In this document: piece by piece, positions 49,719-63,750 of the stretch
Numbering within the stretch: position 1 is the stretch's first letter
Layout: the number at the start of each line of letters is the position of its first letter
Source: Mobula birostris
Lineage: Eukaryota
Length of the DNA: 64,000 bases
Direction of reading: 5' to 3'
Assembly: GCF_030028105.1 (NCBI RefSeq)
Contig: NC_092381.1
Span: 60,600,505 to 60,664,504 of the forward strand
The notes under the pieces: model-generated
Told to the model about the DNA's origin: nothing
The model's input: the letters and a program-made list of their open reading frames with translations, nothing else
Databases searched by the model: none
Program-made: the position numbers and the translations under genes

Positions 49719-51104
49719 CTTATTTATAGGATTCGAGAATACTGTACTTCCAATAGGTGATAAGTTGCCTTAGATATTGTGACCATGATATTGTGCCAAC
49801 TCCTTAGTCTACTCCACGATTAAACTCATCCTACCCTCTCACATAGCCTTCCATTTTTTGCACCCACATGCCTATTTAAGAGTTGGGGGAAGAGGGAGAT
49901 GCACTACAAATCAGGGACAATATTAGAGCTGCATTCAGAGGGGACTTAATGGAGGATATGTCTACTAGTCTATATGGGTAGAACTCAAAAATAGGAAGGG
50001 TACAATCACTCTCACAGGACTCTACTATAGACCTCACCCCCTCCCCATAGCCACTGGGACACTGAAGAGCACATATGCAGGTAGATTAACGAAAGGTGTA
50101 ATAACAATAGGATAAAACTATATATATTCAGCTCTTGGTTCACGAGGGAATGGACCGATACATTATTTGAGGAACTGTAAATGGAAGATCAGCAAGCATC
50201 TCCATTTTCAACCTATTGGAGAGGAAGGGTCACTGATGATGAAGATGGCTGAGTTGATTCTGCCTAAATAATTATGGGTTATTAAATGGTTGTGTTTGTT
50301 AGAAATTAATTATTTTTGCCAAGGATGGCTTCAATTGGGCCAGATTTTTCCTCTGATTTCTATTGGTTGTACTTTTATATGAGTTCCTGAGTGTTGCATT
50401 TGGTCCAATGATGTCTTTACTTTAGGACAAACCACATCACCTTCGCTTCTTAATTTCAGCTCTTAGATTTTGGACCAAAGTTACAATGAAGCCTGCTATG
50501 AAATTGTCCTGCTGAAACCCAACTAGGAATTGGTGAGCAGGGTATAAAAGTCACAGAGTCATAGAAAAGTACAGCACAGAAACAGGCCCTTGAGTCCACC
50601 TAGTCAATGCCAAACCATTTGAACTGCCTATTCCCGTCGACCTGCACCAGGACCATAGCACCTTATAACCCTAGCATCCTTGCACCTACCCAACCTTCTC
50701 TTAAATGTTGAACTAGCAAGTAAGTGCCCTTGAGAGGGATGTCAATGACTTTTTCTTTGCTGTTGCTTGAGGATACACTGATTTGAAAGACACCGCCCAA
50801 GTAGATTAGAGTATTCTACTTTGTATTGACATGATCTACCTAGGCAACTTCAGACATAGTGAACACCAATGTTTCAGCAGTACTGCAGCAGCTTAACCTG
50901 TGGCATGAATCAAGATGAATGCGAAACTATAGGACCAAAATCCACACTATTTTCCAGCTCTACAGCTTATCATATGCATTCAACCATTTCCAGGTACATC
51001 AAAAGTAAATTTGTTTGGGCAGAGATGATAAATTATGAAACCAGGAAGCCTAGGACAAAGATACGGTGCATCGTCCACTTGACATTTCAGGGTGAAGATT
51101 GGCA

Positions 51105-51375
51105 CAAATGCTGATCTAAGTGACTTTGACTGTGAAATGATTGTCAGTGCCAGACGGGGTATTTCAGAAACTGGTGATCTCCTGAGATTTTCACACATAG
51201 CAGTCTCTAGAGTTTACAGAGAATGGTGCTAAAAATCAAAAACATCGAGTGAGCGGCAGATCTGTGGGTGAAAATGTTTTGTTAATAAGGAAGAACAGAG
51301 GAGAATAGCCAGACTGGCTCAAGCAGACAGGAAGGCGACAGTAACTCAAGTAAGCCTTCTCCTTAACAGTGGTGT
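51105..51375 (+). mobile_element. Tc1/mariner transposase N-terminal (HTH) fragment of a second family
   Basis: DLSDFDCEMIVSARR..ISETGDLLRFSHIAVSRVYREW ... QRRIARLAQADRKATVTQV. Confidence 0.8.
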
Positions 51376-51409
51376 GCGGGACAGACTTCTAAAAAAGTAG
51401 AGGCAACTC

Positions 51410-51840
51410 ACAAGAATTTGGGCAAAACAGTAGGGCTTGAGTTGTAGGGAGAGAATGGATAGGCTGGTGCTATTATATCTGGAGTGCAGGAGGTTGCGGG
51501 GTGACCGTATCATATTTAAAATCATGAAAGGCAAGATGAGGTGAATTGTCACAGTCTTTGTTTTCCAGGGCAGTGGAGTCTAAATATAAGGCACATAGGT
51601 TTAAGATGAAAGGAGAAAGATTCAGGGGGAAGCGTTTTCCCATTCAGAAAATGGTGGGTATACGGAACGTGCTGCCAGAGGAAGTGGTAGAGGAGCACAA
51701 AATTACAACATTTAAAAGACATTGGGACAAATTAATGGCTAGCAAAGACTCAGAGGGATATGGGCCATATGGTGGCAAATAGGATTAGCTCAGGCAGTCA
51801 ACTCGATCGTCCAAAGGACCCTTTTCTGTGCTGTATGAAG
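51410..51840 (+). mobile_element. CR1 3' fragment
   Basis: MVGIRNVLPEEVVE...TTFKRHWDKLM; CTGTGCTGTATG tail. Confidence 0.8.
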
Positions 51841-52167
51841 CACGTGAACACACACCAGAACAGTATAAGTGGATATTTCTTGAAGCGAGTGAGAGTGAAG
51901 CTAATGTGCCAATGAGGCTTTTCTTCTGCCCCCCACCCCCCTCCCCCCTCCCCCCAACATTCTAGAGTGAGTGAAAGACCAGCCACAGAGCATGTGTATA
52001 TTAAGAATTTCCTTGAAATCTTTACAGGTAGACATAAAATTCATAACTATAAGGTAAGTGTCTTTAGTAGTAAACCAGTTTTTAGGGAAAGCTATTGTAA
52101 ATCCTCTTTCTTTCGCTAATCTGGAGGTTTGTCAATTCAAACAGCTTTTTAGATGGGCCTGCATTGT

Positions 52168-52276
52168 ATTCTTTATTGACTTCCTTCTCTTCGTACTATA
52201 GACGCATGTTTTCATGTTAATTTTCTTCATTGACTTCCTTCTCTTTGTCCCATAGATGTATATTTTCACGTTAATT
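52168..52276. repeat. Diverged 54-bp tandem duplication
   Basis: ATTGACTTCCTTCTCTT starts at 52175 and 52229; both units end in GTTAATT. Confidence 0.85.
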
Positions 52277-53749
52277 CCAAATAGTAAATCATCTGTCACT
52301 GAGGCTCTGGAGGAATTCCCAGCCCAGTTAACAAGCATCTTGCATGGACTTAAAATAGTTCTGCAATTACTTAAATACTGCAATAGCACCAGATCTCATG
52401 CCCACACATATTCAAGCAGGATCAAAATTAATACAAAGTGTGGCGTGGAAAATTTGGAGGGAATAATCTTGTAGTTGAAATGGCATACACTACTCCCACG
52501 ACTGTAGATAATTTACAGCAACATGTTTTCAAAACCATTGTTTATTTGCTGCAAAAACCTTGGCTTTTAACACATATACAGTTGCTGGTAATGAAGATAT
52601 TGATGTTAATAAATTATTGGTAGTAAAACTACAGATGCCAAAGCAGATTTTCTCATTCCTTATTGACAAGGTACTTCAAATTATTACTCAAAAATAATTG
52701 CTATCTGTGTTTGATAAGCTAAATTTTTAAAAGAGACAAAGCAACAATAGCATATTTGCTCCTATTATTTTCCATCTTGGCAGCCATGTTATGCAAAATC
52801 CTTTTTTATATATAACGAGTCTGATTTTCTGAGTACATTAATGCAAATTATTTTAAATTGATTACAATAGTAAAATGTCTGAGTGAACCATCTGGCTGGC
52901 TGACATTTGCACTTCACAAAGAACCAGATGTATTGACATTTGCAAAGGGCAAAATAACTATTCATAATTAGATAGGTTAACTGTGTCGAAGGGATGTTGC
53001 TTTCTCGATGGTGGTTTGAGCGCATTGTCCACAGAATCCCTTCATAAATGCTCAGAATGGACAGATGCATTGCACTGATGAACTCATGACTGTAGAAGCT
53101 ACATGACTTATCCGACACATACAAAACCTTGAGAGTTGAGCACCAGTCAATGCTCATTGCCCTCACCTGACATAGGCAGGTCAGTAACAGCTTCCAAATG
53201 TAGCTAATAGCCTTGCCATCTGGTTGATATTGTTGGAATCCAGTTTAAATTGAGTATTACTGAGTGGTTAATAACAGCTTGGGGTTATGGCAGAACTATG
53301 GTATGGGAAGGAGATCGAAAGCTTAACTACATGGTGTCAGTGAAACAAAACAGCTGACCATTGACTTCAGGAAGACAGGCAGTGTTGAGCTTGAAAGACT
53401 TCAGAGCTTCAAGTTCCTAGCTGTAAACATTCCCACTTCCTTCAGGCAGAATATACAAAAACCTGAAAGCACATACCATCAGGTTCAAGGACAGCTTCCA
53501 TCAGAGTCCTGAACAGACCTCTAGTTTGATAAGATGAACTCTCAGTCTCACAATCTATCTTGTGGTGAACTTTATCACTTACCTACACTGAACTTTAGAC
53601 CTTATTTTGCATTGTTTTTGTTTTACCTTACTGTAGTTCAATGCACTGTGACATGATTTGATCTATATAAACAGTACGCAAAACAAGCTTTTCACTGTAT
53701 CTTGTGACAATGATAAACAATACCATCACCAAGCTGGCTTCGTAATAAG

Positions 53750-54310
53750 AAGCAGCAGATGATGTGGAGGGCTCTTTTTATAATTGAAAGTCTGCAACTA
53801 TTAGTGCTCAGGGATTGGTCCTGGGACTGTAACTGTTAGTTATTTACATTAATAATTTGAAATGGGAATGTAGGAGATATGATTATGAAATTCACAGTGG
53901 CATTGTTGATGATGAGGAAGGTTGTCTTAAGTTACAGGACTATACTGAAAACCCAATAAGATGGGCACAGTTGATTCAGATGGAATTTAATCCTGATATG
54001 CTGATGCATTTTTATATGATTAATAAAAGTAGTACTTGTACAAAGATAAGTATCCTACTGAGTATTGAGACACAGAGGAACCTTAATGTATATACACCCA
54101 AAAATCCCTGAAGGTGACAACGCAAGTAGTGAAGGAGATATTTGCCGCCTTAAACTGCAACATAGAATACAAAATTGGAAGAGCACTTTTACTGTGGTAC
54201 AGCATTGTTAAACACCTGTCAGGCAACAGGTACAGCACTGTGAGCAGTTTTGGTCACTGCACTATAGGAAAGAGGCCACTGCACCTTGGCAGGGTGCAGA
54301 GGAGCATTAT
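53750..54310 (+). mobile_element. Old CR1 RT fragment
   Basis: VDDEEGCLKLQ...WAQLIQMEFNP and CEQFWSLHYRK-like sequence. Confidence 0.7.
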
Positions 54311-56544
54311 GTTTTGTAATCTACAAAACATGAACTAATTCCAAGCAAAACATAGGGGTCCAGGAATGCAGGTCTGCTTTCATCTTTAAGTGAGGTGTGT
54401 ATCTATCATGTGGTAGCATGATGATGTATGCAATTAATATAGTTTACATATAACCTGTAATTAATTATTTAAATGAACATGAATGTTTATTTTATATATA
54501 TTCAGACACACAATTTTGCTCAAATATACAACAAAAAGGTTTACCAGTATTTGGTTGGGATGGACTATTTCAGTCATAACCAGAGATCCCGAGATGGACA
54601 ACATGGACACATTGGGGCAAAGGGCCTGTTTCCATGCTGTATTATTCTATGACTAGATATGTTGAGTTTATTTTCCTTGGAGCAGAGAAGCTCAATGGAG
54701 GACCAGAATAAAATATGTAAATAATGAGGAGCATAGATAGAGTAGAGTTTTTTAAAAAAAAGCATTTCTGCCTAGTGGGGTAGTTAAAAAGCAGAGGGTT
54801 TAAGTTTAGCATAACGGTGGGAAATTTAGATTAGGGAGGAATTTTTTTTCACCTAGGTGATTAAAATCTGGAATGTACTGTCTGGATGAACCCTTGAATC
54901 ATCAACATTAAACAAAGGGCTACGGTCCTGGTAAGTACTGGTCAGCATGAACATGGGGGGGGGGGGAATGGTAAAATGGTCTGTTTTCATGACTTTATGG
55001 GTTTGTCATAATGGACATCAAAAGTCAATTTGGACAAGGAACAAAATGAAACATTAGCATTAATTGGAATGATAAAGTTGAGTTTATGAATACCTTCACA
55101 TACAAGAACATTGAGGTATTGTACGATTACTGCAAACTGACGCATACAAAGTCTTTTTAAATTAAGTACACTGGAGTTAGATAACTGCTAGCATTACACT
55201 TTAGGTTATCATCTGAATACAAGTTCCTCTCACTTCTATGAATTTCTCCCTGCACTCAGTCTCCACCCTAGACCAGATGACCCCATTTCCCTCCTCAGAT
55301 GTCTGACCCACTCAGATCCTCCAGCAGTTTGCTTTTTTTTGCTCCTTCCCAACTAACCTGGTTCCTTGATTTTGAGCTTTCAAACTCCTCGACAAATTTC
55401 CCGGAATACTTCAAAATGATATTTGATCTCAGCATTTTTGGAGTAAGCACAGTATGGTGAGCTAGATTATGGAGACAACAAGCAATTATAAAAGTGACTG
55501 GAGCATTAAAAGGTCAGAGACAGATATAAGTAACATCATCCACTCTGCACTGCGGCAACTTGTTTGAATTTCATAATGAAGATCTATTGTGCTATCTGGT
55601 CATTCTCTGAAGGATTCAAGGATATTAGATTACCAACTGTTACAAATAACAACAAAGATAAAACAAGACATTTCTATTCCAAAGATAGACATACCAAATG
55701 GAGCAAAACTTGGCCTAAGTCCCCATTCTTTATGAATTCTCTTTATTTTAAGGGTCAGACTGGTAATACAGGTTTGTGTGTGCAGACTTCAATGCAGTAT
55801 TTAGTGTTGCTATTTACAAAATACAGGAGAATGGTATTGGAAGCCACCCTAATAACTCATTACAAGATTAAGTTAAATCACAAGAAACAAATTAGCCAAA
55901 GAAGCAAGAAATTTAAATTGTCTTACCACTTTTTCACCTGACTGCAAAGTAAATTACTAGTTAAGAACCAGCTGCTTGTAGAAAAAACACCTATTCCTCT
56001 GAAGAAACACTGAAGGCACAATGCATACAACTATATGTATTTCACTAAATGTTAATAGATATATTTTAATATATTTTCTGCATGCTTTTGCACATTATTT
56101 ACCTACATAGTCCTTGTATATTGCCAAAAAAGAAACAAGAATATGTTAATGACCTGAATCTGGGATAATGATCATTAAATTTAAATTAAAAAAAAAGAAA
56201 TTTAGCTGATAATAAAATATTAGATTTTTCTCAAATTTGGTTATATAATTAGGAAAGAGTTTACAAAAGAGCTTTCCCTGACACTTATGCCAATATTTCT
56301 CCTACAACCAAATTAATGAAACTGTTTTACTGGCTATTATCACATGGCTATTTGTGGAACTATTTTGAAATCTGAAGTTACCTGTCACATTTCTTGTTTT
56401 ACAACTGTGATCAAATTTTAAAATTGTAAAGTGCTTTGGGACATTGCAGGTCATTAAATATAATAACACAAGCCTTGTGAGGAATGTCCAACAAATTGTT
56501 GCAGGACACCTACTAGTTTGCAGATAATAAAGGTAGGTGGCGGG

Positions 56545-57170
56545 AGGAGAAGATGGCGGCGCGATGCAGCGCGCGCAGCTCTCCGGTGAAATGATATTGT
56601 CTGTTAAATAGGGGCTGTGGACAATTCTGATTTGATGGAGACAGACGTGAAAGCACAGAGGAACAGCTGGAGAAATTCCAGAAACTCTGGTTCACTGCCA
56701 CTGTTACTGGGCGATCGAGAATCTTCCAGAGGGAAGGCCCAAAAATCCCCAGCTTTGCCTGCTGCTGGCGACTGAGGCTGAGGTCGAATCGTTCGGATAG
56801 AGATGGTGCTCGGTACTTGGTGTCGGAGGGCTGATCGGAGCTCCAAGTTTTCGGACGACTCAGAGTCGGACTGTGGTCGGACATGGCAGGGAGAGTTTTC
56901 TTCCTTCTCCCGTCTACGTGAGATGTGGGACTTTCGAGAGACTTTGAACTTTTTTACTGTGCCATGGCCTGTTCTTCATCAAGTTATGGTATTGTTGCAC
57001 TGTTGTAACTATATGTTATAATTATGTGGTTTTTGTTAGTTTTTCAGTCTTGTCTGTCCTATGTATACCTTGTGATATCACACCGGAGGAATATTTCATC
57101 ATTTCTGAATGCGTGCATTACTAAATGACAATAAAAGAGGACTGTGTGTCCTCATAATCTAATAATCTAA
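56545..57170 (+). mobile_element. Young CpG-rich non-autonomous retroposon
   Basis: Starts GGAGAAGATGGCGGCG (YY1-type 5' motif); CpG-rich body; AATAAA then (TAATC)-type tail; no ORF. Confidence 0.65.
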
Positions 57171-57189
57171 TAATACCACTGTAATGAAT

Positions 57190-57900
57190 CATTTCTCAAA
57201 TAATGATGAGCTGGAGTACAGGGAGGAGATAGAAAGTTCATTAGCATAGTGTCATAACAACATTCTTTCCCTTAATGTCAACAAAACAAAAGAGCTGGTC
57301 ATTGAATTTTGGTGGGGGGGGGGGGAGGTGGGGAGGTGGCAGTGCATGCTCCTCTCTACATCAATGGCATTGAGGTTGAGAGGGTTAAGAGCTTCAAACT
57401 CCTGGGATTGAACATCACCGATAGTCTGTCCTGGTCCAAACACGTCAATGCCTTGGCAAGAAAGCTCACCGATGCCTTTACTTCCTCAGAAGGACAGAGA
57501 TATTTGGCATGTCCTTGTCGACTCTTATTAATTTTTAACAATGCACCATAGAAAGCATCCTATCCAGATGCAACATGATTTGGTATGGCAATTGCTCTGC
57601 CTGTGACTGCAAGTAACTGCAGGGAATCATTGACACAGCACAGTGCATCACAGAAACCAGCATCCTCTACGGATTCTGTCTATATTTCTTGCTGCCTCGG
57701 TAAAGCAGCCAGCGAAATCAAAGTCCCAACCCATCCTGGACATTCCCTCTTCACTCCCTTCCCATCACGGGAGAAGAGGGAATGTTGCCATACCAAGCCA
57801 TGATGCATCCAAATACGATACATTCTATGGTGGACATACAACCAAGCTTAAGGACAACTTCTACTCCACTGCTCCCTAGTACAATAAGATGGACTCCTGG
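57190..57900 (+). mobile_element. Rex1/Babar-like LINE fragment
   Basis: LNVNKTKELVIEF, PLYINGIEVERVKSFKLLG, KAASEIKVPTHPGHSLF. Confidence 0.85.
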
Positions 57901-60900
57901 ACTCCAAAACACCTACCTCCCACCATCACTCAAATAATTAAAGCCACAAGGAGAAGGAAGAGCATGGAGATCAACAGAATACCCAAGAGGAGGAATGTCA
58001 GGTCCAAAACAAAGTAGACTGAAGTATCTAAAAAGCAATTCTTCAGATCTAATTAGACCTGCATCACTATGGAATGACCTGATCTAACTTTTTAATTGAT
58101 TACCTTTATACCTAAAGCTTCTTCAATACTGACTGATAACAGAAAGCCTCTTTCCCACTTTTATCAAATATGAATAATTTTCTTGAACTAAGAGGATGGT
58201 GATTATAGGTAGACTATCTAATGTGGCAAACCTAATCAAGATTTTCTCTACTTCTAAAAATACATTCACAACGTGGCTACTCCCATACATTGACTTTTCA
58301 CGTGTCCTGATGATTTCAAAGGCCAGACTTTGCATATTAAGTGCAAACTTATTCTTAGGGTAGAAGTCATATGGTTTATATTTGAATAAATCTTATTCTC
58401 TCATGGTTTTCATTGGTGGTATCTTGCACTTAGTCAAAGACCTTCAGTTAAAGGCTTCATGTCATGTTCAGTGGATGCCTCATTTTCACAGGAAACTTGA
58501 GACCATTGCTGCCCCTCACCTAAATAGAAGCTGACAGGACATATCAAACTGGTACTATCAGATATGAGACATAACTTTTAAAAGGGATTTAAATAAAAAC
58601 TTTGACTAAAATATTTAGACAAACATGGGAAGAGGTCTAAGGGAGCAGGACTGATAACATAATTTTCTCAAGAAAAACATAAAACAATGGGTCTTCTGCA
58701 TTGTATGTCTCTGTGAAGCTTTCTACATATAACACAAGTAAATGTTAAAAAAAACCATTACTTCTACAAGAAGCATTGTCATTATTTCAAATACTACCTA
58801 GAAATTGCACATTGGATGGTACCAATTCAAGGCAGCTTGCATCATTAAGTGGTAAAGGTAAACATATTTCAGTTGGCATTGATTCTTATGGATCTCATTG
58901 GGGAGAAATTGAAAGCTTCAGGTGTTATTGCAGCTGCAATTAGTGAGTTATGAGTTTCTTCTCCTTATATGAAGTGACAAGCTATTTTACAACACACTGA
59001 AGCAACACCCAAGTGCATCAATTTTCACAATGCTATGCAAACTAAAAACAATCTTGACGAGAAGAAGAAACAAAATATCAAAAAAAAGATCTTTACCAAA
59101 ACACCCAACATTGAGTGAAATATGGAAATGCCCAAAAACAAAATTCTCTTCCAACATACACAACTTACAGAGTCTTGGGCTCATTGATAATTTATCTAAA
59201 GTGGAAGTGTCATGAAAGATCCTTAACTCCTCTCAGATCAGTCCAATTACTCAACTTTTCCAAGGACCTAGTGCCAGGTAAAGTGATCTTCACAAAGGCC
59301 ACATTAAACTTGTGTAGGAGTTGCTAACAGCAAATTAATGCAAGGATTTTAAATAGGTTCAGCAAAGTATTCCCTTTATATTTAAAATACACGCCACTTC
59401 CACAATGATTGCTAAACATCTGTTTTAGAGGCTGGCACCAATTGTTTTTCATAAAGTTGCTTACTGTGCATTCTAAACTTATAAATCTGCTGTTTCTTTT
59501 GTTACTTCTTCACTTTACTGCAGTTATTTGATACTGGCTATTAGCATTGCGGGGTTCCTTTCTGCACAAATCTCCACTATTGGTGTTGTTACCAGTGCCC
59601 CTGGGATTTGTAATTAAATGAAATCAACACTGGACTAAACTCTATTAGAAAGCAATGGGTTGAGGGTTTCTGAAGAAACACAAATATAATCAAAGAGTTT
59701 GTTTGCTTGATTTTAATCAACTGCCTTTTCCAGTTGTCATTAATAGAAAATCACAGCAGGGAGGGAGGAAAATTATTGAAAAAGTCAGAAAGCCAGAAGA
59801 AACAGCGAGAGAAGATGAGGCTGAAACTAAGGTTCAAATCCATTATGAGAAAATGTTATTGAACTTGAAAAGTATGAAAGGACATCAGTTGAATCACCAG
59901 AATCTTGATACAGAGCATTCTCCACACCACCTCATTAGGATTGTACAGTTGATCTATGCACATTAATTAATACCTAGCATCAATCAATATCACGCAATCA
60001 ATTTCACAAAGTTAAATTATATTTTTTAAATAACCACCTCCAGCTGAGCAGTGAAACACTCTTATCTAATTTTCAGTTCTGGAAATACTTGAGTCTACTG
60101 CAAATCATTCCAATACAGAAATGGATCACAATTATCGTAACAGCTCTTTGATTTTACTTTCCCCTGTGTCTTGCAGATAAGGTAATCTGCAACAAGCAGA
60201 AGTTGCCGCAAAGGTTCAAATGGTATGCAAAATGGTCTCCTTCCTTATGAAAATAGGGCAATAAAGTTTACAACGTCCTCCAGACCTGAGAGTGGTATTG
60301 TTATTGGTATATTATTGTCACATGTACCAAGACACAGTGAAAAACTTTTGTTTAGTGAGACATCCAATCAGAACATGCCAAACATAATTGCATCGAAATG
60401 GTAAAGAAAGACAGAAAGCAAAAAAGAGCGTTACAGTTACAGAGGAAGTATAGTGCAAGTAGACAAATAAAGTGCATGGACCATGGGACCACGTGATGAT
60501 ACTGGAAGTGTGATAGGGATAAAATGTAGTCTGCTATCCTGGTAATCTGTGATGAGGGTTGTTACGTCATTGCAAATAATTATCTACGCACAGCTGTATG
60601 CTTGCCGGGCACTACATCCAAGAACATAATGCACTGACTATTATCATGCACTCTTTGTTTTGATTGCTGTAAGATCTAAGGAGAAAACCTCTGCATGGAC
60701 TAGTCCCGCCCCCATCCTGTCACCTGACCACTCTGGAATACCACTGCAGTGTCCACACTGCCTTTGTGTCTCAACATTCACTGCAGCAATATGGTGCCAA
60801 GTCTAACCTTGGAAAATCAGAAGTGTTTTTTTTATCTTAATTGGTCCCTCTGATAAAAATACATTGCTTGGCAAAAAGCAATGAAGTATTCAAACTGTTA

Positions 60901-61825
60901 TGATTCTAAGGGTACTGCACACTTAAAGCATTTCTGCTTGACTAGAACTGAGGTAAGCCATTAAGTTATAGTGATCTCCAGTTTCAAGTATAGATACTTT
61001 AATCAGGGCGCTCTCTATGAAGGTTCTTAGGATAATCATATAAATACCTTTGTAGATGATATGATTCTGGCTAAAGCAAGTAATGGATCTTATGGAACCG
61101 TTCTCTGCTTAAAGCAGAGAATTCTGGCAAGAGTCAGAAGATGAAGTAGTTGTTGGGGGGTAGAGAGATGCCCTGTAAGTGGACTAAAGTATGAACAGAT
61201 AAATTCAGTGAGGCCAGAGAAGCAGAGGTAATGGTCCTACCAAGACAGTACTCCTTGTGGATTTTGGTTTAAGAGATAAAGCAGGAAATGTGGGGTTAGG
61301 GCACCATGAAGTTTGACACTGTGAAAGAGAAATATCGTGATGTCTGCAAGGTAGAGGTTAGTCTGTCTGATTAGAAAGGCATCAACCTTGACAGCTTGGT
61401 TGGGATTGGTCCAAAATGAAGAGACTGCCGTGTGCTTAGATGTTCCACTCAATCTTGGTATACCAATAATTCCCTATCATCCCCCAAAAATGTTGCTTGA
61501 CTCACAGAGTTCCTCCAGGATTATTTTTTCCTGTTTCTATGTTCAGAAGTGCCCTATCCAATTTCTCAAGTGATGCAAACCAAGTTTTTGGTTTGGAGAA
61601 TGGGGAGAGGGAAATTAATTTTAATTGCACAATGCTAAAAAAAGCATTATGCAATTAAATTTCTAAGGTATAAACAGAGCAATAACATTGCACCAAACTC
61701 AGTCATTTTATCAGATAGTGTTCTCTTGAGCAGTCATACAGCCTCCAAAGATCATTTCAGTGGAATGCAGCGATCAAGGCAAATAGCTGATAGCTCTTAA
61801 GAAACAGCAGGGAACGGAATTCTAG

Positions 61826-62722
61826 AACTCTGGAGGAACTCAGCAGGTCAGGCAATATCTATGGAAAAGAATAAACAGTCGACGTTTTGGGCCAAGACCC
61901 TTCTTCAGGACTGAGAAGGAAGAGAGATGATCCCAGAATAAAAAGGAGGGGAGAGGGGAAAGATGCTAGCTGGAAGGTGATAGGTGAAGCCAGCTGGATG
62001 GGAAAGGTCAAGGGCTGGAGAAGGAACTATCTGATAGGAGAGGAGAGTGGACAGTAGGAGAAAGGGAAGGAGGAGGGGACCCAGTGAAAAGTAATAGGTA
62101 GGTCAAAGTAGGGAATAGAGAAAGCGGGAGGAGGGAATTTGTTTTACTAAAAGGAGAAACCGATATTCATGCCATCAGGTTAGAGGGTACCCAGAGGTGC
62201 TGCTCCTGCAACCTGAACGTACCTCATTTAGGCACAAGAGGAGACCATGGACTGGCCAGTCAGAACAGAATCAGAATCAAAATTAAAATGTTTGGCCACT
62301 GGGAAGTTCCACTTATGGTGGATGGTGCAGAGGTGCTCAACAAGGCTGTCCCCCAATATACAATGTGTCTCACAAAAGTAGAGGAGGCCGCATCAGGACC
62401 ACCAGACACAATAGACAACTCCAGCAGATTTACAGGAGAAATGTTGCCTCACTGGGAAGGACAGTTTGGGGCCCTGAATGGAGGGACAACTGGACAAGGG
62501 AATTGTGGAGGGAACAATCCCTGCAGAAAGTGGAGAGAGAGGGGGAAGATAAAGAGATTTTCGGTGCTAAGATCCCTTCGGAAATGGTGGAATTTGCAGA
62601 GGATAATGTGTTGGTTGCGGAGGCTGATGGGGTGGTAGGTGAGGGCAAGAGGGACTATATCACTACAAAAGTGGCAGGAAGATGGGGTGAGCGTTGATGC
62701 ATGGGAAATGGAGGCAATGTAA
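61826..62722 (-). mobile_element. Penelope-like element 3' part (GIY-YIG remnant and pseudo-LTR with hammerhead)
   Basis: Homologous to 40570-41583 in reverse; hammerhead at 61876-61913. Confidence 0.85.
61876..61913 (-). ncRNA. Minimal Penelope-type hammerhead (G12A, probably inactive)
   Basis: Minus strand reads CAGTC CTGAAGA AGGG TCTTGG CCC AAAA CG TC GACTG: stem I CAGTC/GACTG, stem II GGG/CCC, palindromic ACGT stem III. Confidence 0.75.
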
Positions 62723-63552
62723 ATGGGCTTCCACAAATGGTCACTCATACTTCTCAAGGAATAAATCCTGAACAATTGCAGCTGCCAATGTTTCAAATAT
62801 TGTTCTACATATGGCAACACTCCATGTTCATACTGTACATTAAATTAGTGTACATTACATGGTGTTCACAATGTATTTCACCAACGGCACCATCCTTTCA
62901 TAATTTAAATCTGAAATATAAAAATTAAATTATGGTGAAGAAAAGCCCTACACTATGTGATCTAATTGCTAGACCACTGCTTTCACTGCCCGTGCTATTT
63001 TCCTTTTTTCAACAATGTACTTGCCGATTTTCAAAGTGAATTCTGCAAAATCTAGCAAAGCTAGTTCAAGCAATAATTAAACTTGGAGAGATTGAAGTTC
63101 ATGCTTACTCCAAAACATGGAAGAACACAGCCCCACTCTTACAGGGAAATACTCAAAGATTGCTGGGAAAATAACAGTTTACGGTGCAGACTATCATTAT
63201 TGTTTTAAAACACTAGCAATTTGTGTCAAGGAAGAGCTGAGCCACATTAGCAATTGCTGCAAAATTGCTAGACAATTGCCATAAGCAGCCCGGTCAAAGC
63301 TGAAAAACTGTTAGATTTGTGTTGTAAATGGAAAGAACCTCACTGATCTATTTTCAACTTTACATTTCTGCTCTTAGTCCATTTATTTCCTTAATTAACC
63401 ACCCACTTTTCATGCTGTATCCTTCTCCTAAGCTATCAGTAGCTATGGACATAGGCAATTGGAACCAGTTATCACTAAACATTAATATTTCAATGGCATG
63501 ATGATGGCATTGCTGCATCATAACGAGTTCACAGTTGCAACAAGAATATAAT

Positions 63553-63750
63553 GCCAGGGTCAGCTCTGAGGCGAATGCTGATGGCTGCAGGACACAGCTC
63601 ACAGCCCACAGCCATGGAGCCAGGTTCAGTGCTGAGGTGAGTGCCGATGGCTGCAGGCCACAGCCCACAGCTGTGGAGCCAGGCTCAGTGCTGAGGTGAG
63701 TGCTGATGGCTGCAGGCCACAGATGCAGAGTCAGTTCAGTGCTGAGGCAA
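63553..63750. repeat. 59-bp GC-rich minisatellite (~3.4 copies)
   Basis: GCCAGG unit starts at 63553, 63619 and 63678 (66- and 59-bp spacing). Confidence 0.9.

Noticed and set aside
60160-60190. Possible 5-nt microexon (TTGCAG|ATAAG|GTAATC)
   Set aside because: Frame-shifting length, weak donor and no host gene identified; expected by chance.
63553-63750. CRISPR-like array
   Set aside because: Eukaryotic context; units are contiguous repeats with no unique spacers.
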